Positions 48,991 to 62,170 of a stretch of 64,000 nt of DNA are shown here, in pieces. The notes below the pieces were generated by a model. That model saw nothing but the letters and a program-made list of their open reading frames with translations, did no database searches and was not told where the DNA came from. The first letter of the stretch is position 1, and the number at the start of each line of letters is the position of its first letter. The position numbers and the translations under genes were made by a program. The stretch comes from Lama glama. Its lineage: Eukaryota. The stretch lies in the NCBI GenBank assembly GCA_028534125.1, contig CM052821.1:46562001-46626000 (forward strand), in the 5' to 3' direction.

Positions 48991-50422
48991 ATAAAATATT
49001 TACCTTTAGAAATAAGTACAGTGCTGGGAATATAAGCAAATTTTTTCCTCATTCTAGTCTACAGTTCTGAGTATAAACATTGAAGCCAAACAATTAAAGT
49101 TTCCCTTTGAAAAAATCTAAACCATGAAAGTGAATATTCAGAGGGAAAATGCTGGGGAGAAGGGAGGGGACAGCATCGCTTATTTATTCCACTCTTCTTT
49201 AAGTAGACAAAAAAAATAAATCAGACAGAAGTAAGTCATGAGCCCTGAGCAGAAGTTTCTATCATGTTAATAAGCCTTAGCAACAAAGCCTGTGGTTTTA
49301 GAAATGATATACTTAGCATTTCTTATGCGGGAAAATGTTTCCCTCTAAAGTTTGAGGCCCAGGCTATTTCAAAGAATATCCATGCTCAGGGAAATGGAAT
49401 TTGTTTTTCTTCGCCCAGATGAGAATTCACACAATGGCTAGCGCTCTCCGCCAGGGAAAATTCTTGCAAAACCGGATGGAGTGGAATTTCACTTTACGGC
49501 TGGTGCTGAGGCATAAATTATTGTTACATGTTTATAAGGGTTGTATGTCGGGATAATGTTTTACCACTGGAGAAGCACTGACACAACATGTGGCTTCTTT
49601 AAGTGTTTTCTTCATTTACAGTTCTGCACTTTGGGGTCTGTAATGGCAGGCAAGTCAGTGCAAACCCTCTATGACTGTCACCCACCTGGACGACTGGAAG
49701 CTTTCTCAGACTGGAAACTGTCGCCTGCAACAAAGGGGCTGCAAGGATTTCATGTTTCTACACCCACCCTCTTTGAGCGGGAGGTGCTTTCAGTGTCACA
49801 TTAATGAACGCAGAGGATAGCATTCAAGACAGGACCAGAAATTCACCAGCGTCCCCCAGGCTCGCAGATCTGAGCTGCCTATCAGAGGCAGATGAGAAAG
49901 GACATGTGAGGCCCTGGCAGTATCCACCAGCACTCGCTGATTCATGCTAAGAACATGCTGGTTCTAACGGCGGCCCAACTACTCTGAGAATCCGTATAAC
50001 TACGAGGTGAGTTTAATCCAGGATTCTAAGCCCACCTGGCCGGGATAAATCCCTCCAATTCTGAGCTTTGTTCTAGCATCTTGAAAACAGAGAAAATCAC
50101 AATACCCACATCATAAAACAGAGAAAAATCGTAACACCCACACATAATCATAGGAGTAAAGTGACACAGAAATGAAATCAGGCATGTTAAGTTTTCCTGG
50201 CCCCATGCCCGACACATCCTAGGCGTTCAAGTTATACTGTTTAGATGAACAAGGTCATTTCATTGCTTATTGGCAAGAAAGAGACAGATAAGGCTCACGG
50301 TTAGGAATCACTCTTTTCCTCCCAACTGTGTTAGCCCTGGTCCAGCCTTGACTCTGCAAGGTCAGGAACAGAGTTCTGGGCCCCCAGAAGGGATTCAGCA
50401 AAGTCCTTCAATTTGTGTGCAG

Positions 50423-50425
<3 letters not shown>

Positions 50426-50457
<32 letters not shown>
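50426..50457. repeat. (TG)n microsatellite
   Basis: Direct reading. Confidence 0.95.
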
Positions 50458-50458
<1 letters not shown>

Positions 50459-50619
50459 ATGTACACACACGTGCACAAAGAAGCACGTTGGGGGAAGAGG
50501 CCACATCATAACAGCCTCTCCAAGGGAACCACAGCCAGAAAAGGCTGACAATGACCAGTGTGGAGTCCGGCTCTCGCCTCTCCCTCAGCCTGCCTCCTGC
50601 AGATGGGACAGAGCTGGTG

Positions 50620-50830
50620 TGATGGAGGGAAAGACAAAGGAGTCAGACTGTTGAAAAGTTAAAGCCCTGGCTCTGTGCCCTCCTCGCTGGGTGACCTCAG
50701 CAGGGCTCTCTACCCCTCTGAGCACCATGCCTCCTCAGTAACACGGCGTCAAGGCCACCTCCTCGCAGGGGGTGCTGGAATGGTTAAGTACAATAACAAA
50801 CGTCTGGCATGCAGTGGTGCCAGCTAAGTG
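50620..50830 (+). mobile_element. MIR SINE
   Basis: ggagtcagac...ccctggctctg...gctgggtgacctc...ctctgagc. Confidence 0.6.
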
Positions 50831-51069
50831 TTAGTCTCTTCAGCTGCAGTCTCTGCTGGAGAAACAGAAGGTTCTTCTTGGCCAACAGGACCCAGTACAA
50901 GTCCTTTCCTCTCTTTCCATCCATCCATTGGCTGCTTTCCTGCACACCCTGAACCCCTGCCAACTTCATATGCATGCATCAGGCCAGCTCCATCTCACCT
51001 GAGTACACCTATCTACAGTTCAACATGCCCCTACTGCCACCAAGTACAACCTCCTGACAAGTCTCCACT

Positions 51070-51300
51070 GTGTTCCAGTGGCAGCACAGCTTCAGAATCG
51101 AGCCACTGGGTTCAAACACCAGCCTTTCCACTCCCTTGCTGGTTTCCAAGACCAGAAACTCAACTTCTCTGTGACTCAGGTTCCTAACCCAGAAAATGAA
51201 GATGATGGTATTATTCATCTCATTGGAAAAAAATTAATCCCTGCAAAGTGTGAGGACAAGGTCTGGCATGTTGCAAGTACTAGCTATGATGAGTACGTGA
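51070..51300 (+). mobile_element. MIR SINE
   Basis: ctgggttcaaacaccagc...caacttctctgtgactcaggttcct...aaaatgaagatgat. Confidence 0.7.
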
Positions 51301-51499
51301 TTGCAAAATAGAAAGATTCAGCGACACCAGCTCAGAGAACAGCATTTTCCTGTGAACTCTCAGAAGACGGAAGGGAGACAGGTTCTCCCATGATCCTCAG
51401 AACAGCAACTCTAGTGCAAGCAATAGCGGGCTGGAAGCTAGAACCCACGCAGCACAAGGGACCCAGCTGGGAGAGTGTGGGCTCTGGCGTGAGCTGGTT

Positions 51500-51930
51500 C
51501 AGCTGCTCCCTGTGTCTGTAAGATCTGGCCCCGTCTTCTCCATCTTCATCTCCTGCTGCTCCATCTCAGCCTCAATGGCTTTTCTCTGTCCTTTGAACAA
51601 GTCACGCCTACTTGCACCTCAGGACCTTTGCACTTGCGGTTCCCTCTGCCTAGAGCTCTCTACCGTCCTGTCTTTGCATAGCAGCTTTTTCACAGCCTTT
51701 GGGTGTCCCCTCCCCAAGAGGCCCTCCCTAACCACCTGACCCTTCCCTCTCACCACCCACTCTCCACCCCATCAATCTCTATTATTTCCTTCATAGTACT
51801 CATCTTAAAAAAAATACATTTCTTCTACATTTCCTTACCCCGGAATACAACATCCAAGAAGGCGGGGATTGTCTGTTTCCTCATGTTCCTAGAAGCATGT
51901 TTCATCCTTAGTAGGCACACCCTACTGGCC
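51500..51930 (+). mobile_element. L2 3' part
   Basis: cctcaggacctttgcacttgcggttccctctgcctaga...gaggccctccctaaccacc. Confidence 0.8.
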
Positions 51931-52735
51931 ACAGGAATGAAGTCCTCTCCTGCTTCATTTCCTGTTAACAAGTGGCTGGTTCTCTCTGTATTTCTAGCTA
52001 AGATTCTCAAAAGATGCACATAACTAACACCATGATCACAATCAGGTGGCAGGTCTGTATGCTGGCCTGCTACAAAGGATGCTGCCCAGACTCTGGAACG
52101 GCCAGTGGGTCAGCTGCCCACCCTGAAGCCAATGAGCAGAGATTCTTGGAGAGCCCCAGCAACAAGGCTGAGGCCACTGCCATTAGCAGGTGCCGTGGAT
52201 GTGGTAAGTCCCAAAACAGTCATGTCGAAGGCACAGTCTTTGTAATACCCTCTATTACATATGTATAAATCCCGTTTCCCCAACAACGCTATGCATTTCT
52301 TAACAGCAAACGCTCTGGTACCTGCCCATAACACCTTTAAGAAAGGTTAATTCAAACGGGGAACCAGAACCAGGTGGACTGTGAAGGCCATTAAAACCAG
52401 AGAGTGAGAGGCATCCGTGAAAACCCTTTGCGGAGGGCAGGAACGCTTGTGAGAGCCTGTTCTGTAGATGACAGTGAACATCTGAGTCTTGAGGCTTCTT
52501 CAAGGAGCCGCAGGAGAAGAGCTGACTCAGCTGAGAACGTCCACATCAGATGGCCACCGGTGGGACTGAAGCCAGAGGCCAGAGTGGTCTCCGAATGGGG
52601 GTTTCGGGTGTACGGAGGTCCTGCCCCTCCAGCCCTGGGCCGGCAGGGAATCTCCCGTTTACGCCAGTGCACCGTGCAAACATCATTTTTCACGGAGCTT
52701 CATGGTGCAAGGAGTCAGGAAGTTTCTGCTTTAGA

Positions 52736-53037
52736 ACACGGATCAGCAAACATTTTCCGCAAACCATCAGATGGTAATTATTTTAGGCTTTGGGGGCCGC
52801 AGCTACTCAAGCCTGCAGTTGCAGCAGAAAGCAGCCTTAGACAAGGGCCAATGAACGGTGTGCTTGTGCCAACAAAACCTTACTGGCATTTAAATTTCAT
52901 GTAATTTTGACATGTCATGGAATAATGGAATAGTATTCTTTTTTTCTTTTTCTTTTTTTGTTTTTTGGACTACTAAAAATGTAAAAGCCATCCCTTGCTC
53001 GTGGGCTATGCAATAACAGGTGGTGCCCAACTCCTGC
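52736..53037 (+). mobile_element. MER58B hAT-Charlie MITE
   Basis: gatcagcaaacattttcc...taattattttaggctttg...aaagcagccttagacaa...atttcatgtaattttgacatgtca...aaaaatgtaaaagccat. Confidence 0.85.
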
Positions 53038-53204
53038 CCTTGATCGTTCCCCGTGGTGATCTCATCACAGGGTTGGAAGGTCAAGGTCCTCAGGACATTC
53101 CATGCCGGGACTATGGCTGCTGGACTCTCCTCTGCTCAGTCTCCGGTGATTCAGAGAACCACAAGGATCTCAAATCATGGTGTTAAAAATTGTAATATAC
53201 AAAT

Positions 53205-53325
53205 TACATTAATGAAAAAGTATATGAAACAGAATATGTATACATATGTATAACTGAATCATTATTCTGTGAACCAGAAACTAACACAACTTCGCAAACT
53301 GACTACACCTCAATAAAAAAATAAT
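53205..53325 (+). mobile_element. L1 3' end
   Basis: tatgtataactgaatcattattctgtgaaccagaaactaacacaac...caataaaaaa. Confidence 0.85.
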
Positions 53326-54029
53326 AATAGTAACTGCCCTCTGGCCTCACTTGAAACACCTCTGCAGAGGATCTCAGCTGCATCCTACAACTGCCCATCG
53401 CACGGGTGGACGTGCTGCAGCTGCTGTAAGTCTTGCCTGGGGTACCTCCCCAGCTCCCTGTTACTCTCCCCAGAGCTGCTGGGTCTCCTCGTTGCTGTCT
53501 GCAGCATCTACCAGTTCGTCTTCCCCATGACTGCTCTCCACATTTTTATTGGCATCAGGGGAAGAAAAATGAAAGGAGTAGACTGCTTCCATGACAGAAG
53601 AATCTATCCCCAAAGAGGGAGCCAAGGTGGAAATTTTGCTGGAAAACTTTACTTTTATCTCAACATCAGCTTCAGAAATAGCCCAGGTCACAGATCTACC
53701 GGGAAATCAAGAAATGACTTAGAAACTAAGAAAAAGATGTTTCCTCTATGTGACCTGACAGAGAATGAATTATATATTTGTTGAAGGAACAAATGAATAA
53801 ACAAATATATTTTAGCATGCCTAAACAGAAAGCATTCTCACCATTCTACCAAACCTTGTCCAGATCCCCAAAACAGAACGTCTAGTGAGGATAAGATTTA
53901 GCAGCCTAAAGAATGAAAAGATGAAAGCTAGAGAGACCAAGTGGTTCTTTAATAAAATTCTTCATTTCCCCAGGGCCAGACTGACTGCCTTAAAGTATCT
54001 CATTTACATGAATTTAAAAAAAGGAAAGT

Positions 54030-54210
54030 GATGACTGACTACCTACTAGGTATGAGGCCCTTGCATACACATCGCCCCTTTTAATCTGCACAGGAAACGC
54101 ACTGTAAAGAACTGGGACCCTTCATTTTTTTCAGATGAGGTCACCCAGCCCCAGGGAGTGAAGACTTCAGGTTTCAAACCCAGATCCATGCAAAGTCCAG
54201 GCCTTTTCGG
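54030..54210 (-). mobile_element. MIR SINE
   Basis: ttcattttttcagatgaggtcacccagc...tttcaaacccagatc. Confidence 0.55.
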
Positions 54211-54939
54211 CTGCGTGTGACATAAAACTGTTCGTTCCAGTCACCTGTGGATGATTTGAGATCGTGAGAGAATGTGTCTCTAAAACGCTTCTGAGTTACA
54301 CAAGCTAAGAGGCGATGCAAACCTCCAGGGAAACATCCCATATAAGAGACACACACCCATACCGACCAGGTCTGGGGTTCTTTCCTACTTCATACTCAAC
54401 ATCTAAGTATTCGATGTAATGATATCAGAGGCAAAACAGCTAGCTCAGTACCGAACAGGCATCCTCCCCTCAAAATGGACAGCCCCCACTTAAAAGTCTA
54501 AGAAAATTCATCGAGGACACAAACACTAAAAAAAGGATCTAATTCAGAAAAACAAAAATGATCCTAAAAATAAATACAGAATCCTTCGGCAGTTTTATTC
54601 CCGGTCCTCAAGAACTGCTTTTATGTATATTCATTTAAAATTATTTTTGGAGCCCAAGTCACTTGGGGAAAACTGTAAGTGTTATAATATGGTCTAATCT
54701 CTCCTGTTAGCTTTGATCTGTGGGAAGTTGCTCTCTAACCAATACAAAGTCAAAATTTGGTTTGAAAAGTTGCCGCATTTTTTTCCCTTGCAGATATCTA
54801 ATACGTGAGCATGGTTTTACTGCTTTGAAAATGCTTTTGGATATATATCACCTTCCTTCAACTTTACAACCCTAGGTAATGGACAAACACTCCTTGTTCT
54901 TCCCTTTTACAAATGTGTAAAAAAGTCTCACAGAGATTG

Positions 54940-55452
54940 GAAATGGGAGTTTCCAGTGGCAAGTGATTAAAAAAAAAACTAGTCTAAACAAAACACAGAA
55001 TTTAGTAGCTTATAATCTACAAAGCTCATGTATAGATCACCCCTCAGGTAAGGTTTGATATAGCTCTGAGGGATGGCCTACTCTCTCTCCATTTCTGAGC
55101 TCTGCTTCTACCCAGATTGACTCCATTCCCAAATGCCAAGCTGTGGAGAGACAGTGTGAGGTAGAATGTAGCTAGAATGTGCACAGCTACATCCTTTAAG
55201 GTTCAAGCCAGTGGAAAAGAACACACATACCTCTGTCAGCAGTTGGCAAAATTCCCATCACTTTTTATTGGCTCTGACTAGGCTACATGCCCACCTGCAC
55301 TACTGTGGTCAGGGATAAATGGAGTCACATGTCTCACCCAAAGTCACGTACATCATCTCCACCAAAGCTCAAGGGATGAAGGGTGAATTTCCAAAGAAAA
55401 ACTGAGCAGGGTGAGTGAATGCTGAGTTGGAAAATCAAGAGGTGCCCACTAC
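54940..55452 (-). mobile_element. MLT1K-like MaLR LTR inserted into a MIR
   Basis: ttccagtggcaagtga...attggctctgactaggctacatgccca...tttccaaagaaaaactgag...gaatgctgag...cactaca; MIR pieces at ~54800-54938 and ~55455-55530. Confidence 0.65.
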
Positions 55453-56310
55453 AGACTACGTGATTTGACCAAAGTCACACCGATGCAAGGAGACAAAATC
55501 AGGAGAGACTCGAGTACCAATCTCTGAAACTTGAGTACTCCAAAAATAGTGGCAAATTGTTTTAAAACATAGAGAGTAAATCACAAAAAGCCTTCCAAAC
55601 TGCATCTCTTAGTCACAGATAACATTCTAAAATATTGATCGACTGCCTGCAGAACTTCAAAGACAGCCAAGTTCCTTTTACAAAATATAAATTTTGTAAA
55701 ATTATACAAGGTGACCATTATCTAAATCCAAATCCCTTTATAGCTCTGAATGGCTCCTCACCATCTGGAAAGTCGGAACAGCGTACTCAAAAGGAAAAAG
55801 GAAAAGCTTTTTGACCTACTTTTGTCCCTCCACTAATGTACAGCACCGACTCCCATTTATTAAGTCCCATCAGTGCATGCTACCGCGCTGGCTATTTTGC
55901 AACTCTAAAATGACACCTATTATTCAGTTTGAGATTAGAATCTCAAGCAAGAGGGCCTTTTTTAATAAAAAATAAAATTAAAAATAGATTTGCCTTTGCC
56001 TCTTTAATGAAACCAGTAGCTCTGCCGGCTTAGAGGGGAAATGACAGATTTCTTGGGATTTTTATATATTGATCTGAGCACTGCGTAAAAAATAAAAAGT
56101 TACCAGCATTCATACCTTGAGAAATTGCACAACACTTCTCCTCTAAAGGCACGTACCATCCCCCAACCCTCCACAGTGGGCCTAGGCAGCCAACACATGC
56201 TCTCCCACTGAACACGACAAACCCTCTAAAACCTGACACGCGCAGGTGGCACAGAACACCAGGTGCGTGCAGTCTGCCGGGAATGTGCCAAGTAAGAAGG
56301 CGATTTAACC

Positions 56311-56655
56311 CATCGTTGTCCAACAGAACTTTCTGTGATGATGTAAATGGTCTACATCTGTGCTGTTCAACATCATAGCCACTAGTTACATGGGCTATTG
56401 AGATGGAGAAACCGGAATTTTTTTTTTAATTGAAGTATAGTCAGTTTACAATGCTGTGTCAATTTCTGGTCAAAGCATAATGTTTCAGTCATCCATGTAC
56501 ATACATATATTCCTTTTCATTATAGGTTCCTACAAGATATTGAATATAGTTCCCTGTGCTTTACAGTCGAAACTTATTAATGAATTGGAAGTTTTAGTTA
56601 ACTTTATTATAATTATTTTCAAGTGGCTAGTGGTGACTGAATTGGAGGGCAGAAC
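56311..56655 (+). mobile_element. MER3 MITE split by L1
   Basis: tgtccaacagaactttctgtgatgatgtaaatg...tagccactagttacatgggctattgag ... gtggctagtgg. Confidence 0.82.
56417..56575 (-). mobile_element. Young L1 3' end inside MER3
   Basis: poly(T)-aattgaagtatagtcagtttacaatg...gatattgaatatagttccctgtgct. Confidence 0.9.
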
Positions 56656-56679
56656 AGAAGTTGCCCTTGAAAATGTCTC

Positions 56680-56990
56680 CGGCATGTCATCTGCTCTCTC
56701 CCACTTGCATTTTCCATCCCAGCACACACACAAAAAAATCACCTGGTGTTCCCCAAATTGGGAATCTGTGCCTCAGGACTCTTGCACATGCTGTTCCTCT
56801 GGCCTGGAATTTCCACTCCTCGCCTGCCTGGCAGACTCGTCTTCATCCCCCAGAGCCAGCCCGGGTTTCATTTCTCCTCTGAAGCCTTCCCTGATTTTCC
56901 CTCTCTCCCCCCACTCATGAGGCGGGTCACCCCTCCTTCTCCACCACCTCTGTGCTGACACGTATTTCTCTGGCTGTGCTCACCGTCCTG
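56680..56990 (+). mobile_element. L2 fragment
   Basis: cctcaggactcttgcacatgctgttcctctggcctggaat...tgaagccttccctga. Confidence 0.75.
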
Positions 56991-57019
56991 GGTCGCCAGC
57001 CTGTCCCGTCCACAGTGGA

Positions 57020-57280
57020 GGGCAGTAGGACACAGCGGTAACAGTGATCGCTGTAGAGACAGCTCCCTAGTGTCAAATCCAAGCTCCAGTATTTATTAGT
57101 ACCTGTACAACCTCAGGCAAGTTACAGGACCTCTCTGAGCTCAATGCCCCGTCTGTAAAACGCAGTTACTAATGGCCACTCCTTTACGGCTGTTGGAAGA
57201 ACTAAATGGCCGAACACAGCTAAAACATTACTAGGCTGCCCGTCAAAGAGCAAAGACTCAATAAAACTGAGTTCCTACGC
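57020..57280 (+). mobile_element. MIR SINE
   Basis: tcaaatccaagctcc...cctcaggcaagttacaggacctctctgagctc...tctgtaaaacg. Confidence 0.75.
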
Positions 57281-58269
57281 ATTAGTTTCCAATAAATCAT
57301 TAGACTTTGCACCTTGGAGAAGGTACTGGGTCTTAACCATCCCTGTAATCCAAAGTCAGAGTATCCTCGTTAAAGATTAAGATTAATCCTAAACTCAGTT
57401 CTGAATACACTCCATAATGCGAAACAGCCTTGCTCTAAACGTCAAACTAAGAGACTGAAAAGGAGATCTCCCCAGAGGCAAGCAACGGCAGAGGGGTGGT
57501 CTCAGGAAGATCAAAGATTTTTATGGGGGCTTATTCAAAGGGCATGCAAACAGACTACCACCCCCACCCTCCCCATACGTCCCAGCAGACCCTCTCCGCA
57601 TGCCCAACCTGGCCGAGTCTTGACCAAAAAGCTCCTGATAGAGATAAGCCTTACCCTGCAGGTTTGGGGGCCAGTTAACAAGAACTCTAGGGGCAGTGGT
57701 CCAGCATTCACATAAGAGATATACATAAGCAACTCTAAGCTCCTACAACACTCCCTCATACTCCTAGTGTGCCCTCCTCTTTTCCTGGATAAGTGAGGGG
57801 GAGGAGGAGACCTTCAATTAACTGAAACAGCCCTGTACACCTGGATTCTAGTTATGAGCCACCTGTGCACCTGGCCCTGAAGGATGGGGAATCTCTTGAG
57901 TTCTAGGCGCCTAGGTTTCACTGGAGGCAAATAAAGATGAGCAGCAGGTGAAACAAGCATTAGAAATGGTTAAGTGTTCAATATACAGGTAAAGTCTTGT
58001 CGAGACTGCTCATTCCCCAAACTCAATGTCTTCCGCCTGCTACAAGGCTCCCTGGCAGGAGGACTCAGCCAGGAGTCTAGTAAGAGACAGCACTGAGGAG
58101 CGTGGAGCACACAGCAAATGCTTCTCTCGTGGGACATTCTCATTGGCTCTTTGCACACAGAGAAGCAGGTGCAAAGGTCAGCCCAGCTTCCACTTCAGGG
58201 CGAAGTAGCACTGGAATCAGAATGCAGTGACCTATCCTCCTGGAGGCCCCTGTGCAGGAGGGTTACAGG

Positions 58270-58650
58270 ATAACCAGTAGCGCGGCTGAGTGGTGCAAAA
58301 GAACATCTAACAAGAGGTCGGGGCTCGGCAATTTGCCTGCTGTGCAAATTGGGACACATCACCGTCCCTGTCTGGGCTTCGGTTTCCTGTTTTATAAAAT
58401 TAGGGGGTTGGTTTTTAAGGAGTAAAAGTGCCTTTCTGTCCCAAATGAAATCTTATGGAGAAACTCCAAGATACGGAAACACCCAGGTGGAACAGCTGTG
58501 ATCAAAGTGTGTCTGTGAAGTTCGTGGATCTGCACCTACTTAAGCCGCTCTCCCTCCCTGCGAGGAAACCCAGGATCCTAGAAACTCAGGCAAGGGGATC
58601 ATTAAGAAACTAGATCAGCATCTTTCTAAGATCACATTAAATCGGAACTT
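58270..58650 (+). mobile_element. MIR/MIR3 with a probable hAT (MER102-like) insertion
   Basis: tctgggcttcggtttcctgttttataaaattagggggttgg; intervening caaatgaaatcttatggagaaact; then actagatc...tctaag. Confidence 0.45.
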
Positions 58651-58724
58651 TCAATTGTTACTTACAATGGACCTTATGACACCTCTCTAAATGGAGGGGA
58701 TAAGAAATAAGATTGATAACCTCA

Positions 58725-59280
58725 TTTAAAACTTCATTATGAAAAATGTCAAAATGTTCAAAGCAAGAGGGAATCCTCCATACACCTGTGACCCAGCAGC
58801 AACACCATCAAGTCACGGTCAGCGTCTTGCTTTCTCTCTCCCCTACCAATTCCCATACCCCTGAGATTACTCTGAAGCAAAACTCCCATGTATTATCCAT
58901 CTAGCTATAAAATATTTCAATATATTTATTTGAAAGATAGAGATTCTGAAAAACTAGACCGCAGTTTCATTACCACACTAGGAAAAAAAAACATGAATTT
59001 TTTATCATCTGACATCCAAGTGTCCAAGATCACTGTTCATTATTTTTTTTCTTCTAACAATTAATCTGATGAAGAACTAGGTCATTCTTCTAGTCTCCCA
59101 CTGCCTGGATTTTCACGATTGCATCTCTGTTTGTCATTGAATACGAATGTCTGCCCTCTCTACTTCTGGTAATTTCAGAGTTAGATCCAGGGTCTTGACC
59201 AGATTCAAGTTCCATCAGGAAACACATAACATCTGGTTGTTTCTCTTTTTTGTGCTGTTGGCAGCCATGAATGATCACTT
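58725..59280 (-). mobile_element. Old L1 (L1MC-like) 3' end
   Basis: attatgaaaaatgtcaaa...gattactctgaagcaaa...gttagatccagggtcttgaccagattcaag. Confidence 0.75.
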
Positions 59281-60602
59281 TCTATATCAGGCTGTTTTCC
59301 AGCTTCTTATGTATCTTCCAAAATGGTCCATACATACATCAATGCAGAAAGCTATAGTTTTGAATTCTTACCCAAATTGCATTAAACCCCACTATTGTTC
59401 TGAAACCCTTCATTTAATAATGAGAGTATTGGGTTTTTTTAATTAAAAATTCAATAAGATACACTTAACATGTTAACAATTACAGCTTAAATTCTGGCAC
59501 GTGTCCAGAATAGCATTTCATACATAGTAAGTGACTGGTAAATAGTTCTCAGGGAAATAAGCAAAACTAGTAAACCAGGTGGATTTCCAAAAAGTAGTGA
59601 TGTACCACCAACTAACTCGCACAAGGGCTCCACCAGGCGTGCTGTGTGTTACATCCCAGTTTCCTAAAAATTTCCACTGTCAGGTTACAAATCAGAAAAA
59701 GCCAAGAAAATCCCATTCCTCACCACTTCACATTTTTTTTTAAACAACTGCGAAAAACCCCACATGATTTCAACTTTTACTGCCTTAACTCAGCCGTTCC
59801 ATCAGTCTTCTCCTCCCCCAAACAGCCTGAGCATAAACCACAGCCCCCGCCTCCCTGATCAATAATCAAGCCAGTGATTCCCACCGCCCCCACTAATGCT
59901 AACTGGTGGTTACAAAATTAGCAGCCTGCTTCCATGTAGTAGCGCCTTCAGGACCCCAAACGATCAATGCCACCGTTCCACTTCATGACTTGGAACTTAT
60001 CCTGGCGAGAAGCAGCTACTCCCTTACAGTCAATTAATTGTCCCATAAAAGAAGCCAGGGATACGAGCAATCAAAATTAAATCAGGCAACACAGACTTTT
60101 TTTAAGTCCTCAGTAGGCCTGTTTTTTTTTAGACCACAAGGATACTAACCCTTGTATTAACTGTGAAAGCTCAGAGTATAAACAAGTGCGTGCTTATCAG
60201 GAAAAGACTAACCAAAAATCTCCCACCCAGTGTATCTCAGCCACCCCAGAATTTTCCATGACGACTCTGTTTACATCACAAGGAGGGGAACACTATGGCA
60301 GCCAAGTGATTTTTAAAACCAGGCTGACAGGCCGGAGGAGGCAGCGGAACAAGACCGGGCAGGCGTTCAGAGCTTTCAGCCAGCAGCGCTACTCCATCCT
60401 CCCTGCTCCTCAAGGGCCGCTGAACCACTCGAAGTGAGAACCATTCCCTCCAGGATTAAAGAAGAGAAGGAAAGAGGCCCCTTGTTATAACCTGTCCCCA
60501 CAGCGGGGGCCCACCCCCAGCCTGACCCTGGTTCTGCCTCTGTCAGAGGGAAGGGGCTCTTCCCAAAGCCCCAAGGAGATCACGGAGCCCCGCACTCCTT
60601 AC

Positions 60603-60674
60603 CTGCTGCCGGCACTGGACGCTCATCCTTGTGGTCTCACCAAAGGCATGCCCGCCATTTAAAGATCCCTGATC
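60603..60674 (-). other. Weak candidate 72-nt exon
   Basis: tttattcag|GATCAGGGA...CGGCAGCAG|gtaagg; open phase-0 frame DQGSLNGGHAFGETTRMSVQCRQQ. Confidence 0.15.
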
Positions 60675-60719
60675 CTGAATAAACTGGTATTCAACTCATT
60701 GCTCAGAGAGAGTACCCTG

Positions 60720-60880
60720 CGTCCATCCCAGAGGGACTTGGGTTCAAGTCCTTGATTCACCCCCTAACTAGCCATGGGCAATACCTTATCTGAGACATCT
60801 CTTCTGGTCTCCAAACTGGAGGACCATATTCACGACCTCCTAAACGTTCTAAAAAGGATGAAGAGGGCTGATACCATGAT
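60720..60880 (+). mobile_element. MIR SINE
   Basis: gacttgggttcaagtcc...ctaactagccatgggcaatacctta. Confidence 0.6.
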
Positions 60881-61479
60881 CAAGGCTAATTCCATTCTTC
60901 TTTCTTCTCTACTCCACCCTACCCTGTTCCACTCTGCTCCCGAATTCTTCATCCGCTTCTCCCCTCTACTTCATCTGCACCTGACATGGAGGACAGTCCC
61001 TGGACCACTCACCCAGCAAGCACATGCTCTGGCACAGGGACCATGCACAGAAAAACAAGCAGGAGAGACCTCCAAGCCCTGTGCCATTTCTGGTCGAGGG
61101 GCGACAGTGCGTCATTAGTCTCGATCACCAGGGAATGCCTTTGCCTCCCTGAGTCAGCCCAGCACGGGACGCTGCCTCAAAAAAACCCGTCCCCTAAACT
61201 CCAGGTCCTGCAGACACAGGCAGGTCCACTCCACAGACACCCCAACCACCTGCATGGGCAAGGCACACAAACGACATTTTTTCATGAACCAGTAACTCTC
61301 CGCTCCACCATCCAGCCTCCCACCGACTTCACCATATCTTCAATAGCACCCATATTTCCAGGGAGGTATGGGTTCGAGCCCGGGGATTGGCGGCAAAATC
61401 AGGAACTCCAGCGTACTGGAACAGACTTCAGGGAGGACTAACCCTTCCAGCAAGCAATGGAATACGTTATAACCGGGTA

Positions 61480-61710
61480 GCCCTCACTGACAACACACTA
61501 CATAGTAGCCACAGGGCCAAGAGTTTTAAATATATTTAATTTCTGTAGCTCTTATGACAACCCCATGGTGTTGGCATGGTTATTATCTCAATTTTCCCCA
61601 TGCGGAAACATAAAGGCATACAGGGATTAAATTATAAGCCCCAGGTCACACGGCTGGTCACAGGGAGAGACAGGATGGGAACCCCGGATCTGTGGCCTTA
61701 GGTCTTTTGC
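61480..61710 (-). mobile_element. MIR SINE
   Basis: tcttatgacaaccccatg...ttattatctcaattttccccatgcggaaac...gccccaggtcacacggctggt. Confidence 0.75.
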
Positions 61711-61969
61711 AAGTGAAAAATAAAAGGAGGCCCACACTTCTGCCTGAGGAACCCCCCCAGCCACAACCACACAAATTTAAATCCATCCGGAGAAAAGGCA
61801 TATTAACTCCCTGGACTGAGGAAGGGATCCAGGCCCCAGGCCCCACCACCAATAATACAGTCTTCAAACAGGGACCTCCCCTCTTCTAAACAGTCTCTTC
61901 CCACCTGGAAGATGACGGCCCTAAATAACAGCTCTCACATTCTAGGATTATTCGTGAGGACACAGGGGG

Positions 61970-62170
61970 CCGTCTTAAGGCTTTGGGACTTGAAATCAGA
62001 AGGACCTAGTTCAAACCTAGGCTGTGAAACCGAGTGACCGTGGGTGGGTAATTTAGCCTCTCTGGGTCTCCTTTCCTCCTTTGCGAAAGGGGATGATAAT
62101 GACTTTGCTGTCAGTGCTAAATGAGGCAGTGCAGGCTCATGCTGAATACAGCGTCTGGTATCTAAGACCC
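61970..62170 (+). mobile_element. MIR SINE
   Basis: tgaaatcagaaggacctagttcaaacc...aatttagcctctctgggtctc...ggggatgataat. Confidence 0.75.

Noticed and set aside
53461-53691. Acidic protein-like ORF (…GEDELVDAADSNEE…)
   Set aside because: No flanking splice sites fit and no recognisable family.
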